Part shown: positions 12,308 through 21,095 of the stretch, piece after piece
How positions within the stretch are numbered: position 1 is the first letter of the stretch
How the letters are laid out: every line of letters starts with the position of its first letter
Source of the DNA: Candidatus Acidiferrales bacterium
GTDB taxonomy: Bacteria; Acidobacteriota; Terriglobia; Acidiferrales; UBA7541
Direction of reading: 5' to 3'
Length of the DNA: 64,000 nt
Assembly: GCA_049790315.1 (NCBI GenBank)
Contig: JBAQYV010000056.1
Location: forward strand, 537-64,536
Made by a program: the position numbers and the translations under genes
The notes under the pieces: model-generated
Database searches by the model: none
Told to the model about the DNA's origin: nothing
Seen by the model: the letters and a program-made list of their open reading frames with translations, nothing else

Positions 12308-12778
12308 ATGCCCCAACCAAAAAGAAAAGAATCACAGCCGGGCGCCGTCGGTCACGAATCGATTGACGGGTCCCTGACCGGCTCAGAACTGGAATTCGAT
12401 CTTGCCTCCGAACTCGATCAACTGCATCAGGACGAATCATGGCTCCAGCCCGCCGGGCGAAGCTCAAAGACACTTGTAAAGTACCCGGATCTCCGCATCG
12501 TGCTGATTGCCATGAAGGCGAACACGCGCATGAATGAGCACGTCGCCGCGGGCAGAATCTCAGTGCATTCCCTCAACGGTCATATTCGTCTTCACTTGCC
12601 GGATCGCGTTGTCGATCTTCCGCCCGGCCACTTGATCGCCATGGATCAATGCGTACCGCACGACGTAGAGGCCTCCGAGGACAGCGCCTTTCTGCTGACG
12701 CTTTCGTGGCCGCTAAAAACAAAAATCGCGTCGTCGGCCGCTCGCCAGAAGAAAACCGTCCGCCGGAAGCGGAGATAG
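12308..12778 (+). CDS. Cupin-like small protein (hypothetical)
   Basis: This is Met-90 of track ORF 12041..12778, preceded by GAGG (12296-12299). The C-terminal half (LVKYPDLRIVLIAMKANTRMNEHVAAGRISVHSLNGHIRLHL...LIAMDQCVPHDVEA) looks like a cupin barrel. The upstream 267 nt lies in AT-richer intergenic DNA and was trimmed. Confidence 0.6.
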   Translation: MPQPKRKESQPGAVGHESIDGSLTGSELEFDLASELDQLHQDESWLQPAGRSSKTLVKYPDLRIVLIAMKANTRMNEHVAAGRISVHSLNGHIRLHLPDRVVDLPPGHLIAMDQCVPHDVEASEDSAFLLTLSWPLKTKIASSAARQKKTVRRKRR

Positions 12779-12825
12779 CGGAACGGCCGCACGCGTACGG
12801 CCCAGATACTCCAGCGAGGTTCATC

Positions 12826-13047
12826 ATGACGCCGCTCTCTTTGCGTGTTTTGCGTTTGTTCGGAGAACTTGGAAAAGATCGACTGGACCTCCACTCGCTG
12901 TTCGAGGCCGCGGGCAACGAACCAGCCGAACGGCGGAGTGTGCTGGACGCCATCGAAGAACTGGCCAGTGCCGGCGTGCTCGAAGAGTCCGGCAGCGACT
13001 TCTATACGCTCACGGAAAAAGGTAAGCAGGCGATCGCTCAGGCTTGA
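12826..13047 (+). CDS. Small (73 aa) winged-helix-like hypothetical protein
   Basis: This is Met-60 of track ORF 12649..13047, with GAGG at 12816-12819. Sequence: MTPLSLRVLRLFGELGKDRLDLHSLFEAAGNEPAERRSVLDAIEELASAGVLEESGSDFYTLTEKGKQAIAQA. The helix-turn-helix/wing pattern is only a guess. Confidence 0.45.
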   Translation: MTPLSLRVLRLFGELGKDRLDLHSLFEAAGNEPAERRSVLDAIEELASAGVLEESGSDFYTLTEKGKQAIAQA

Positions 13048-13102
13048 GCAGTGCGCGATCCCTTCACGGTCTGCGACCGTCAAATCGGAAAAGAAATAGT
13101 TC

Positions 13103-13714
13103 ATGCGAAAGGCCAAGACCAAACTACCCGCTGTCTTGACGATTGGCCATTCCACGCGCACATGGAAGGAATTCCTCGATCTTCTCCGTGCGCATCGCAT
13201 CAAGCGCGTCGTCGACGTACGCAGCATCCCGCGGTCGAGGCACAACCCGCAGTTCAATCGCGAGATCCTGTCGACGAAGCTGCGCGCCGCAAGAATCGCC
13301 TATGTGCATTTGAAAAAACTTGGCGGACGGCGCCACGCGCGGCGCGACTCGCCGAACATGGGTTGGCGCAATGCTTCATTCCGCGGTTTCGCCGACTATA
13401 TGCAGACTTCGGACTTCGAGGAGGGGCTCGACCGATTGATGAAATTGGCGGCGCAGAAACGTAGCGCAATTATGTGCGCGGAAGCGGTTCCGTGGCGTTG
13501 CCATCGTTCGCTGATCGCCGATGCGCTAACGGTGCGCGGCATTCATGTTGAAGATATTATGACCATGAATCGCGCGAGCGCTCATTCGCTGATCCCCTTT
13601 GCGCGCGTCCACAGTCACCGCGTCACGTACCCCATCGATAAGTCCGTTCGCGGAAAAACCTCCCAAGCTAATTCTCGCGGAAATTCGCAAACGAGCCGGC
13701 GAGCCAAAAACTAA
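13103..13714 (+). CDS. DUF488 family protein
   Basis: LTIGHSTRTWKEFLDLLRAHRIKRVVDVRSIPRSRHNPQF and CAEAVPWRCHRSLIAD are the characteristic DUF488 blocks as I remember them. Only 2 nt separate its stop from the next start. Confidence 0.8.
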   Translation: MRKAKTKLPAVLTIGHSTRTWKEFLDLLRAHRIKRVVDVRSIPRSRHNPQFNREILSTKLRAARIAYVHLKKLGGRRHARRDSPNMGWRNASFRGFADYMQTSDFEEGLDRLMKLAAQKRSAIMCAEAVPWRCHRSLIADALTVRGIHVEDIMTMNRASAHSLIPFARVHSHRVTYPIDKSVRGKTSQANSRGNSQTSRRAKN

Positions 13715-13716
13715 AA

Positions 13717-15213
13717 ATGTCACCAGTGATGCTACTTGACTATCCCTTGTGGCTGCGCGCCGCGCACTTCTTCAATTTTCTACTTCTGTCGCTCCTCGTT
13801 CGCAGCGGCCTTGAGATCTTGAGCGCGCATCCCAGGCTTTACTGGAACGATCACTGCACGCCGGGCAGCGAATGGCTCAAGTTCACGAAGAAGCAGCGGC
13901 CCAATGACCGCCTTTGGACCGCCAGCGACGAAGAAACTTCATTCCCATCCGCCGTTGCGCTGCCAGGCCATGAAAATCTGGGTCTCGGCCGCCACTGGCA
14001 CTTTCTCGCCGATTTCGCCTGGCTGTTCACAGGGTTGGCCTACATTGCGATGCTCTTCATCACGCCGGAATGGCGGCGACTGATTCCGACTTCCTGGCAA
14101 ATTATCCCGGACGCGTGGCGCTCAATGCTTACGTATCTGAGCTTCCACCTTGTGGAAACGCCAGGCGGATATAACGCATTGCAGCAGTTGAGTTACGCGG
14201 CAGTTGTATTCCTGCTCGCGCCGTTCAGCATCGCCACCGGAATCGCGATGTCTCCCGCCCTTGCCGCCCGCTTCCCGTGGTATATCAAAATATTTCACGG
14301 ACGGCAGAGCGCGCGGAGCCTGCACTTCCTGGCTCTCTGTGCGTTCATCGTTTTCCTCGTCGTGCACGTCACCATCGTCGCTCTGCATGGTTTCCGGACG
14401 GAACTCGCGCTGATTGTCTTGGGTGAGACCCACAATCCGCACCTCACGCGCGCTCTCGCGATCTGGCTCTCCGGATTGACCGGTATCGTCATCATCCACA
14501 TCGTGACAACCGTGTGCTCGCGGCGCCGTCCGCGCTTTGTACAGAGAGCCACGCAATCGATCACCGATCCCATGCGCACACTGCTTTTCGGCCACGAAAT
14601 ATCTTCGCAGCATTATTCCCACGCGGACATCTCGCCTTACTTCTGGGTGAATGGACGGCCGCCGAAAGAGGAATCTTTCCTCGCGATGGCGAGAGAGAAT
14701 TTTGCACACTACAGCTTGGAAATCAGCGGATTGGTCGAAACGCATCTGCGTCTAACGCTCGCGGACCTTCGCGCCATGCCGAAGCACACTCAAATCACCA
14801 AACATTGTTGCATCCAGGGCTGGTCGGGCGTCGCCGAATGGACCGGCGTGCCTCTGAGTCATATCGTTGCGCTGTGTCGCCCGCTTCCTTCCGCTCGTTA
14901 CATCGTCTTCTACGCGTTTGACAACAAATCCACATCGGAGCCCCACGCGCAGGGGCCGGGATATTTCTACGGCACGATTCGTCTGGAATTGGCGGACGAT
15001 CCACAAACTATTCTTGCCTACGAAATGAATGGCCAGCCGCTTCCGGCTGACCACGGAGCCCCACTCCGCCTTCGCGCCGAAACGCAGTTGGGTTTCACAA
15101 TGGTGAAGTACATCCGCGCGATCGAGTTCGTCGAGGATTACAAAAACATCGGCCAGGGCCAAGGCGGCTGGCGGGAAGACTACCAGTATTTCAGCCAGGA
15201 AGCCGGAATCTGA
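13717..15213 (+). CDS. Fusion protein: N-terminal multi-TM b-type cytochrome-like domain plus C-terminal molybdopterin-dependent oxidoreductase (sulfite oxidase/MsrP-YedY family) domain
   Basis: The N-terminal ~280 aa has 5-6 hydrophobic helices carrying His in AAHFF, HWHF, SLHF and VVHV contexts. The C-terminal part has KHCCIQGWSGVAEWTGVPL, YEMNGQPLPADHGAPLRL and GFTMVKYIRAIEF, typical of the Moco-binding fold with the Cys ligand. Confidence 0.85.
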   Translation: MSPVMLLDYPLWLRAAHFFNFLLLSLLVRSGLEILSAHPRLYWNDHCTPGSEWLKFTKKQRPNDRLWTASDEETSFPSAVALPGHENLGLGRHWHFLADFAWLFTGLAYIAMLFITPEWRRLIPTSWQIIPDAWRSMLTYLSFHLVETPGGYNALQQLSYAAVVFLLAPFSIATGIAMSPALAARFPWYIKIFHGRQSARSLHFLALCAFIVFLVVHVTIVALHGFRTELALIVLGETHNPHLTRALAIWLSGLTGIVIIHIVTTVCSRRRPRFVQRATQSITDPMRTLLFGHEISSQHYSHADISPYFWVNGRPPKEESFLAMARENFAHYSLEISGLVETHLRLTLADLRAMPKHTQITKHCCIQGWSGVAEWTGVPLSHIVALCRPLPSARYIVFYAFDNKSTSEPHAQGPGYFYGTIRLELADDPQTILAYEMNGQPLPADHGAPLRLRAETQLGFTMVKYIRAIEFVEDYKNIGQGQGGWREDYQYFSQEAGI

Positions 15214-15287
15214 TTCGCGTCCCGGAGAAGCTCCCGCAGGCATCAAACGGAAGAATTGATCGGGCCACGATCATAGGAGGGCAAATT

Positions 15288-16028
15288 ATGAGCACTGCCG
15301 CCGCGTCGCCAGGTTTCATTTGCAAATTGAAGCATCGAGAGCTAATCGCGGAACGCACGATGGCTTTTAGATTCGAAAAACCGCCGCGATGGGCGTTTAA
15401 GCCCGGCCAGTATCTCGACATGACTTTGCTCGGTCCTTCCGAAACCGACTCCGAGGGAAACGTGCGTAGCTTTTCCGTCGCGAGCACCCCGCATGAAGAA
15501 ACGATAATGGTGGCGACGCGCATGCGCGATACGGCGTTCAAACGCGTATTGAAAACCATGCCGATGGGCACTGCCGTAAAGATTGAAGGCCCATCCGGCG
15601 ATTTGATTCTTCAAAACGATGCCGCGCGAACCGCCGTGCTCCTCGCAGGCGGTATTGGTATCACGCCCTTTCGGAGTATCGCCCACTGGGCCGCGAAGCA
15701 GCAGTCGCCGAATCGCATTGTACTTTTCTATTCCAATAGACGCCCCGAAGATGCGCCGTTCCTCGCCGAGCTTCAAAGGTTGGAAAAAGACAATCCGAAA
15801 TACGAATTAGTCGCCACGATGACTGAAATCGAAAAATCGCATCAACCATGGAACGGCGAAACCGGCTTGATCGATCAAGAAATGCTCGCGAAACATTTAA
15901 AAGGCGCGACGTCGCCCATCTACTACATTGCCGGGCCGCCCGCGATGGCGAAAGGTTTGCTCACCATGTTGACTAAGACCGGAGTAAAAAACGACGACAT
16001 CCACGCGGAAGAATTCGCCGGCTACTGA
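15288..16028 (+). CDS. FAD/NAD(P)-binding ferredoxin-NADP-reductase-like oxidoreductase
   Basis: It has RSFSVAS (R-x-Y/F-S FAD motif), LLAGGIGITPFRS (NAD(P) GGxGxxP motif) and YIAGPPAM, ending ...EEFAGY. Confidence 0.85.
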   Translation: MSTAAASPGFICKLKHRELIAERTMAFRFEKPPRWAFKPGQYLDMTLLGPSETDSEGNVRSFSVASTPHEETIMVATRMRDTAFKRVLKTMPMGTAVKIEGPSGDLILQNDAARTAVLLAGGIGITPFRSIAHWAAKQQSPNRIVLFYSNRRPEDAPFLAELQRLEKDNPKYELVATMTEIEKSHQPWNGETGLIDQEMLAKHLKGATSPIYYIAGPPAMAKGLLTMLTKTGVKNDDIHAEEFAGY

Positions 16029-16176
16029 CGAGCGTGCGAGATCGGTAAGCAACCATCCGCGCGACGCACGCAAGAAACATCGCGCGCAAACAGCCTGTGC
16101 CCTTTGCGTACAAGGGCAATCGTCCTCAAACAATATCCGCGCGGGCCCTCAATGCTTTAGAATCACGGTACGCAGC

Positions 16177-16253
16177 GCGCCCGTAGCTCAGCTGGATAGA
16201 GCGTCTGCCTTCTAAGCAGAGGGTCGGGAGTTCGAGCCTCCCCGGGCGCGCCA
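16177..16253 (+). tRNA. tRNA-Arg (anticodon TCT)
   Basis: Cloverleaf read by eye. Acceptor GCGCCCG/CGGGCGC; D-arm TAGCTCAGCTGGATAGAGC; anticodon stem TCTGC/GCAGA with loop CTTCTAA; T-arm GGGAGTTCGAGCCTCCC; encoded CCA. Confidence 0.9.
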
Positions 16254-16269
16254 CTTTCTTGCCAAAAAT

Positions 16270-17211
16270 CTAATTGTGCACCGGCGGCGGCAACGTGGTC
16301 GGCGGCGGAAGACCGGGCGCCACCGCCGTCGGATCCATCAACTCCAGCCGCGTTCCATCCGGATCGTACAAGTTGCACTGCCACTTATTATCGGCGCCGA
16401 TCTTCGGCACGATGGTCTTTTCGTACAAGCCTTTCGCAGCCCGGCTTTTCAACGTGTCGGCCGTCTTTTGCATGCCGCCCGCGTTCACCGCCAGTGCCAC
16501 GTGATTATTCACGCCGCGATGGTCCGGCGCCGGATACGGCCCGTACAGCATGAACTCCACGTAATCCACGCCATCCGGCACCTTCATATCGATCCAGCTT
16601 ACATTTTTTCCGTTACCTGATCCGCGCCAGAATTCCGTGAATCCCAAAATCCCGTTGTAAAACTTCGTCGACTTATCCAGATCGCCCACGATAAATCCGG
16701 TATGCAGGATGCGATCCGAAATCCGCGTCTCCGGCAAATGTTTCCCGATGTCTCGCCCCGTCAAACTATTCGGCTCGTACTGCACAAACTCCAGCAGATG
16801 CCCATCCGGATCCTTCACCTCGAAACTCTTGTTACCCGTTTCATCCTTCATCACCTTCGCCGGCACCTCCACGCCCTGTGCCGCCAAATAGCGCCGCATC
16901 TGCTCCGCGTTATCCGTGTAGACCGCCGTGTGCTCCAGTTGCCCCTCGCCACGATCCTTTTCATTATCCAGCTCCAGAAACTGGTGATCGTTGATCTTCA
17001 CGAACGCCACGCGCACTCCGCCCGAACTATTCGGCAGCGTGAACGCCTCTTCATATCCCAGAAAATCCTCATAGAACGCGCGCGACTTCGCCAGATCCGA
17101 CACGAAGTATGAAACATTCGCGATCCCCAGGATTTTCGCCCGCTTCACCGCCGGTTTCGCCCCAACCGAAGTCGCAATCAGCAAACACGCCATCACTCGT
17201 AACGTTTTCAT
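16270..17211 (-). CDS. Secreted two-domain VOC (glyoxalase/bleomycin-resistance/dioxygenase) family protein
   Basis: This is Met-36 of track ORF 16270..17316 (MKTLRVMACLLIATSVGA signal peptide), with GGAG upstream. It contains two VOC-like halves (ILGIANVSYFVSDLAKSRAFYEDFLGY... and ILHTGFIVGDLDKSTKFYNGILGF...). Confidence 0.8.
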   Translation of the reverse strand: MKTLRVMACLLIATSVGAKPAVKRAKILGIANVSYFVSDLAKSRAFYEDFLGYEEAFTLPNSSGGVRVAFVKINDHQFLELDNEKDRGEGQLEHTAVYTDNAEQMRRYLAAQGVEVPAKVMKDETGNKSFEVKDPDGHLLEFVQYEPNSLTGRDIGKHLPETRISDRILHTGFIVGDLDKSTKFYNGILGFTEFWRGSGNGKNVSWIDMKVPDGVDYVEFMLYGPYPAPDHRGVNNHVALAVNAGGMQKTADTLKSRAAKGLYEKTIVPKIGADNKWQCNLYDPDGTRLELMDPTAVAPGLPPPTTLPPPVHN

Positions 17212-17526
17212 TCTTTCGCTCCACAAGTGTCGCGCCCGTGAGCGCATCTCGACATTGATTTGTCCAGGTTTTGATTCATCGCGTGGTCGCCCCGCCGGCT
17301 TTTCTTCGCTCGCCACGAATCCTGATTCGCGAACGCGCCGGGGATCCCGCTTGCTCCTTCGCGCCGGTATTGTGGCACCAACCCGCTCCGCAAGCCCCCA
17401 ATATTCCGTCTCGGCGATCTTCGGCTTGGCGCAAAAAATATCTTGACCAATCGCCTGCCTTAGGCCATTTTGCTCTAGGCCTTTGCAAACCCAGCGTCAA
17501 CCGTCGGCCCACGAGGCTCCATCACC

Positions 17527-17868
17527 ATGAAATCCGCCGAACAGCGCGACCTCTTCCCCGGCGCCCTCGAGATCATGATTCTCCGTACGCTCAAGCGCCA
17601 GCCGCTCCATGGCTACGCCCTCGTCCAGCACATCAAGCGCGCCTCGAACGATCTCCTGCAAATCGAAGAAGGCTCCCTCTATCCCGCGCTCCAGCGCCTG
17701 CTCAAAGATAAATTGCTCACCGCCGAATGGAGCGTCTCCTCCACCAATCGCCGCGTCCGCGTTTACAAGCTAACGCCCGCCGGTAAAAAACATCTCGATC
17801 ACGAAGTCTCAAAATTCGAGCGCATGCTCGACGGCATCACCCGCGTGCTCGCGCCGGTGAAATCATGA
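17527..17868 (+). CDS. PadR family transcriptional regulator
   Basis: ILRTLKRQPLHGYALVQHIKRASNDLLQIEEGSLYPALQRLLKDKLL is a textbook PadR wHTH. Its stop overlaps the next start (ATGA at 17865-17868). Confidence 0.9.
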   Translation: MKSAEQRDLFPGALEIMILRTLKRQPLHGYALVQHIKRASNDLLQIEEGSLYPALQRLLKDKLLTAEWSVSSTNRRVRVYKLTPAGKKHLDHEVSKFERMLDGITRVLAPVKS

Positions 17869-20537
17869 ACTGGTTCGCAAAATTGTTCTCCAGCCGCCAC
17901 AACGCCGACATCTCCGACGAGATCCACGAGCATCTCGACGAAAAAGTCGACGAGCTCGTCGCCGCCGGAATGTCTCGCGCCGAAGCCACCGCCGACGCCC
18001 GCCGCCAATTCGGCAACGTCGCCCTCATCGAAGAGCGCACCCGCGAAGTCTGGAAATGGTCCTGGCTCGAAAATCTCTCCACCGACATCCGCTACGCCCT
18101 GCGCATGCTCCGCAAAAGTCCCGGCTTCACCATCGTCGCTATTCTCACGCTCGCCCTCGGCATCGGCGCCAACACCGCGATTTTTTCCGTCGTCAACACC
18201 GTCATCCTTCAGCCGCTCGCCTACCCAAATCCCGATCGCCTCGTCGAACTCGAAATGACCTCGCCGCAGGGCAACTCGAACATCACCTCGGTTCCGAAAT
18301 TCAACATCTGGCGCGAGCAAACACAAGTATTCGATTCCGTCGCTGCCTACGATCTCTCCGGCCCGGGAATCAATCTCACCGGCGTCGATCTCCCTGAACA
18401 GCTCAAAGGCATTCACGCGTCCGCCGATTATTTCCGCGTCTTCGGCGCACCCGTCGCGCTCGGCCGCACTTTCACCTCCGGCGAAGATCGCCCCGGCGGT
18501 CCCGATGTCGTGGTGATTAGCAACGGATTGTGGCACAGCAGATTCGGCGGCGATCCGGAGATTATCGGCCGATCCATCGAACTCGGCGGAGACCCGTACA
18601 CGATTGTCGGAGTCCTCGGCCCCACATTCACAAGCGATCCCCCAAGCGATATCTGGCTCCCTCTCAAGGCCGATCCCAACAGCACTGAGCAGGGCCACTA
18701 TCTGCGATCGACCGCCCGTCTGAAGCCCGGCGTCTCGCTCGCACAGGCCAAAGCCGCCATGGCCCTGGCTGCGCAAGAGTTCATTCGAAAATTTCCCAGC
18801 GCCGCAGACATGGCCATGGGACCTGGATCCAGTTTCACCGCCATTCCCCTGCGAGACAGCGTCATCGGCGACGTTCGTTTCGGTCTGTATCTTCTTTTCG
18901 GCGCCGTCGGTTTCGTCCTCCTGATCGCATGCGCCAATGTAGCCAACCTGCTTCTCGTCCGCGCCGCGATCCGCCGCCGCGAAATCGCCATCCGCGCCGC
19001 GCTCGGCGCGGGACGCGCCCGCATCATTTCGCAATTGCTCACCGAAAGTTTGCTTCTCTCTCTCGCCGGCGGCGCGCTCGGACTCGCCATCGGCTATTTC
19101 GGCGTGCGCGCGCTCCTGGCCATCAATCCCGGCGGCATTCCCCGCGTCGGCGAGCAAGGCGCCGGCGTCACGCTTGACTGGCGCGTTCTCGCCTTCACTT
19201 TCGCCGCGGCGATCGTCACCGGAATTTTGTTCGGACTCGTTCCCGCGCTCACCGCGTCGCATTCCGATCTCAACAGTACGCTGCGCGAAAGCGGCACGCG
19301 CGCCGGCGGAGGCGTGCGCCACAACAAAGCCCGCTCCGTTCTCGTCGTCACGGAAATGGCGCTCGCGCTCGTCCTGCTCGTCGGCGCCGCGCTCCTTCTT
19401 CGCACCTTCGGCGCTCTGCGCGGCGTTAATCCCGGCTTTGACGCGCGTAACGTGCTCACCATGCAAATGTCGCTCACCGGCGCGCGCTTCGAAAAATCCG
19501 CCGGCGTCGATCAACTCGAACGCGACGGCCGCCAGCGCCTCGAAGCTCTCCCCGGAGTCGCCGCCGCGGCCATGACCTGCTGCCTTCCGCTCCAAGGCGG
19601 CTTCGGCCTTCCCTTCACGATCGAAGGACGCCCGCTCCAGCACGGCCCGTATCACGGCGGCGCCGGCTACGACATTATTTCCCCGCGCTATTTCGACGTC
19701 TTCCGCATTCCCGTTCTCGCCGGCCGCGCCTTCAATGATCAGGACACCGGCGGTTCCGGCGGTGTCGTCATCCTCAGCCAGGGGATGGCCAAACAATACT
19801 GGCCCAAAGGCGATGCCATCGGCGCGCGCATCACCATCGGCAAAGGTGTCGGTCCCGAGTTTGAAGATCCCGCGCGGCAAATCGTTGGCATTGTCGCCGA
19901 TGTTCATCAGGGCGCGCTCAATCAGCCGCCTCCGCCAATCATGTACGTACCCATCGCCCAACTTCCTGACGGCATCACCGCGCTCAACAACCGCATCGTT
20001 CCCATGATGTGGGTCGTCCGCACCAAATATCAGCCCTTCGCACTGAGCCAGGATATCCAACGCGAATTGCGCGACGCCAGCGGCGGACTTCCTGTCGCTC
20101 ACATCAGAAGCATGCTGCAAGTCGTCGGCGATTCCACCTCGCGCAACGATTTCTACACCACGCTCCTCTCCATTTTCGCCGGCGTCGCCCTGCTTCTCGC
20201 CGCCATCGGCGTCTACGGCTTGATGGCCTACTCCGTCCAGCAGCGCACGCAAGAAATCGGCGTGCGCATGGCCCTCGGAGCCAGCCCGCAACAAGTTCGC
20301 CGCATGGTCGTCCTCCAGGGAATGCTCCTGGCCCTGATCGGCGTGATCATCGGCGTCGCCTCCGCCCTGGCCCTTACGCGCCTAATGCGCACCCTGCTCT
20401 TCGGCGTAAAACCCTACGATCCCGCCACAATCATTCTGGTAGCCGTGCTCCTGAGCGTCGTCACCTTAGTCGCCACCTATCTCCCCGCCCGCCGCGCCAG
20501 CCGCGTCGATCCCATGATCGCCCTCCGCTACGAGTAA
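17865..20537 (+). CDS. ADOP-family duplicated ABC transporter permease (MacB/FtsX-like, two permease modules)
   Basis: It has the N-terminal soluble leader (...ARRQFGNVALIEERTREVW...), then YALRMLRKSPGFTIVAILTLALGIGANTAIFSVVN, and two FtsX-type 4-TM modules. At 890 aa it has the usual Acidobacteria PadR+ADOP layout. Confidence 0.9.
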   Translation: MNWFAKLFSSRHNADISDEIHEHLDEKVDELVAAGMSRAEATADARRQFGNVALIEERTREVWKWSWLENLSTDIRYALRMLRKSPGFTIVAILTLALGIGANTAIFSVVNTVILQPLAYPNPDRLVELEMTSPQGNSNITSVPKFNIWREQTQVFDSVAAYDLSGPGINLTGVDLPEQLKGIHASADYFRVFGAPVALGRTFTSGEDRPGGPDVVVISNGLWHSRFGGDPEIIGRSIELGGDPYTIVGVLGPTFTSDPPSDIWLPLKADPNSTEQGHYLRSTARLKPGVSLAQAKAAMALAAQEFIRKFPSAADMAMGPGSSFTAIPLRDSVIGDVRFGLYLLFGAVGFVLLIACANVANLLLVRAAIRRREIAIRAALGAGRARIISQLLTESLLLSLAGGALGLAIGYFGVRALLAINPGGIPRVGEQGAGVTLDWRVLAFTFAAAIVTGILFGLVPALTASHSDLNSTLRESGTRAGGGVRHNKARSVLVVTEMALALVLLVGAALLLRTFGALRGVNPGFDARNVLTMQMSLTGARFEKSAGVDQLERDGRQRLEALPGVAAAAMTCCLPLQGGFGLPFTIEGRPLQHGPYHGGAGYDIISPRYFDVFRIPVLAGRAFNDQDTGGSGGVVILSQGMAKQYWPKGDAIGARITIGKGVGPEFEDPARQIVGIVADVHQGALNQPPPPIMYVPIAQLPDGITALNNRIVPMMWVVRTKYQPFALSQDIQRELRDASGGLPVAHIRSMLQVVGDSTSRNDFYTTLLSIFAGVALLLAAIGVYGLMAYSVQQRTQEIGVRMALGASPQQVRRMVVLQGMLLALIGVIIGVASALALTRLMRTLLFGVKPYDPATIILVAVLLSVVTLVATYLPARRASRVDPMIALRYE

Positions 20538-20608
20538 CCGCGATCCAGCCCGCTTCGTTTCGCCGCAAGCCCCATAAGCGCACCGCATTCTACCGAAGGG
20601 CCGAGTAG

Positions 20609-20637
20609 CACAGGCACTCCTGCCTGTGTGCCCTTTT
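20609..20637 (+). terminator. Putative intrinsic terminator after the ADOP gene
   Basis: An 8-bp stem CACAGGCA/TGCCTGTG with loop CTCC (20609-20628) is followed by TGCCCTTTTGCG. The T tract is short. Confidence 0.45.
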
Positions 20638-20882
20638 GCGAGGAATCGCTACCCAACATCTAAGAACAGCTTTACCGGCCGCGACACGTTCCTCGGTCCA
20701 AATTCGAAAACGCCCACGAACCAACGATCGCCATCCTGTGGATTTCTATTCGAATAGCTATATAATTATATTGACTAATGCGCCATAAACTGCTATCGTT
20801 TCCTATGTCCCCGAAACACATCCCCGCTCCCAAAATCATTCCAAATGCCTCGATTTGGCAACTTTCCACCCGCAACTCTCCC

Positions 20883-21044
20883 AGAATCAACACTTCCAGG
20901 ATTTTTCACGAATCCCGTATCTTATTGATTCCGCAGGATTTCAAACCTACTAGAATCAACACTTCTGGCTCAAAGGACTTAAAGTTCTTTAGAATCAACA
21001 GTTCTGGGAATAAGGACTTAAAGTCCTTTAGAATCAACACTTCC
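20883..21044. repeat. Intergenic direct-repeat array: 4 copies of AGAATCAACACTTC, the last three spaced 39 bp, with two units carrying an AAGGAC-TTAAA-GT(C/T)CTT hairpin
   Basis: Copies lie at 20883, 20952, 20991 (one mismatch) and 21030. Units 20952-20990 and 20991-21029 differ at 6 of 39 positions. The array lies between the convergent 3' ends of the ADOP gene and the 21096..21926 gene. Confidence 0.8.
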
Positions 21045-21095
21045 AAAAAACACGGTAGGGGGGAGGGGGGTTCGTCTCGCGAAGCCAGAAAACAG

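Noticed and set aside
16163-16384. 73-aa minus ORF.
   Set aside because: Its 3' part is simply the antisense of tRNA-Arg, and its 5' part overlaps the end of the VOC gene in another frame.
17799-20294. 831-aa minus-strand ORF antisense to the ADOP permease.
   Set aside because: Its Gly/Ala/Asp/Arg-rich composition has no recognisable motifs, and it is fully antisense to a gene with unmistakable family signatures. This is typical high-GC antisense openness.
20883-21044. Possible CRISPR array.
   Set aside because: There are only four copies of a 14-15-nt core. The two full units are 39 bp and about 85 percent identical to each other across the 'spacer' part as well, and no cas genes are present. 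It is a tandem repeat, not repeat-spacer architecture.
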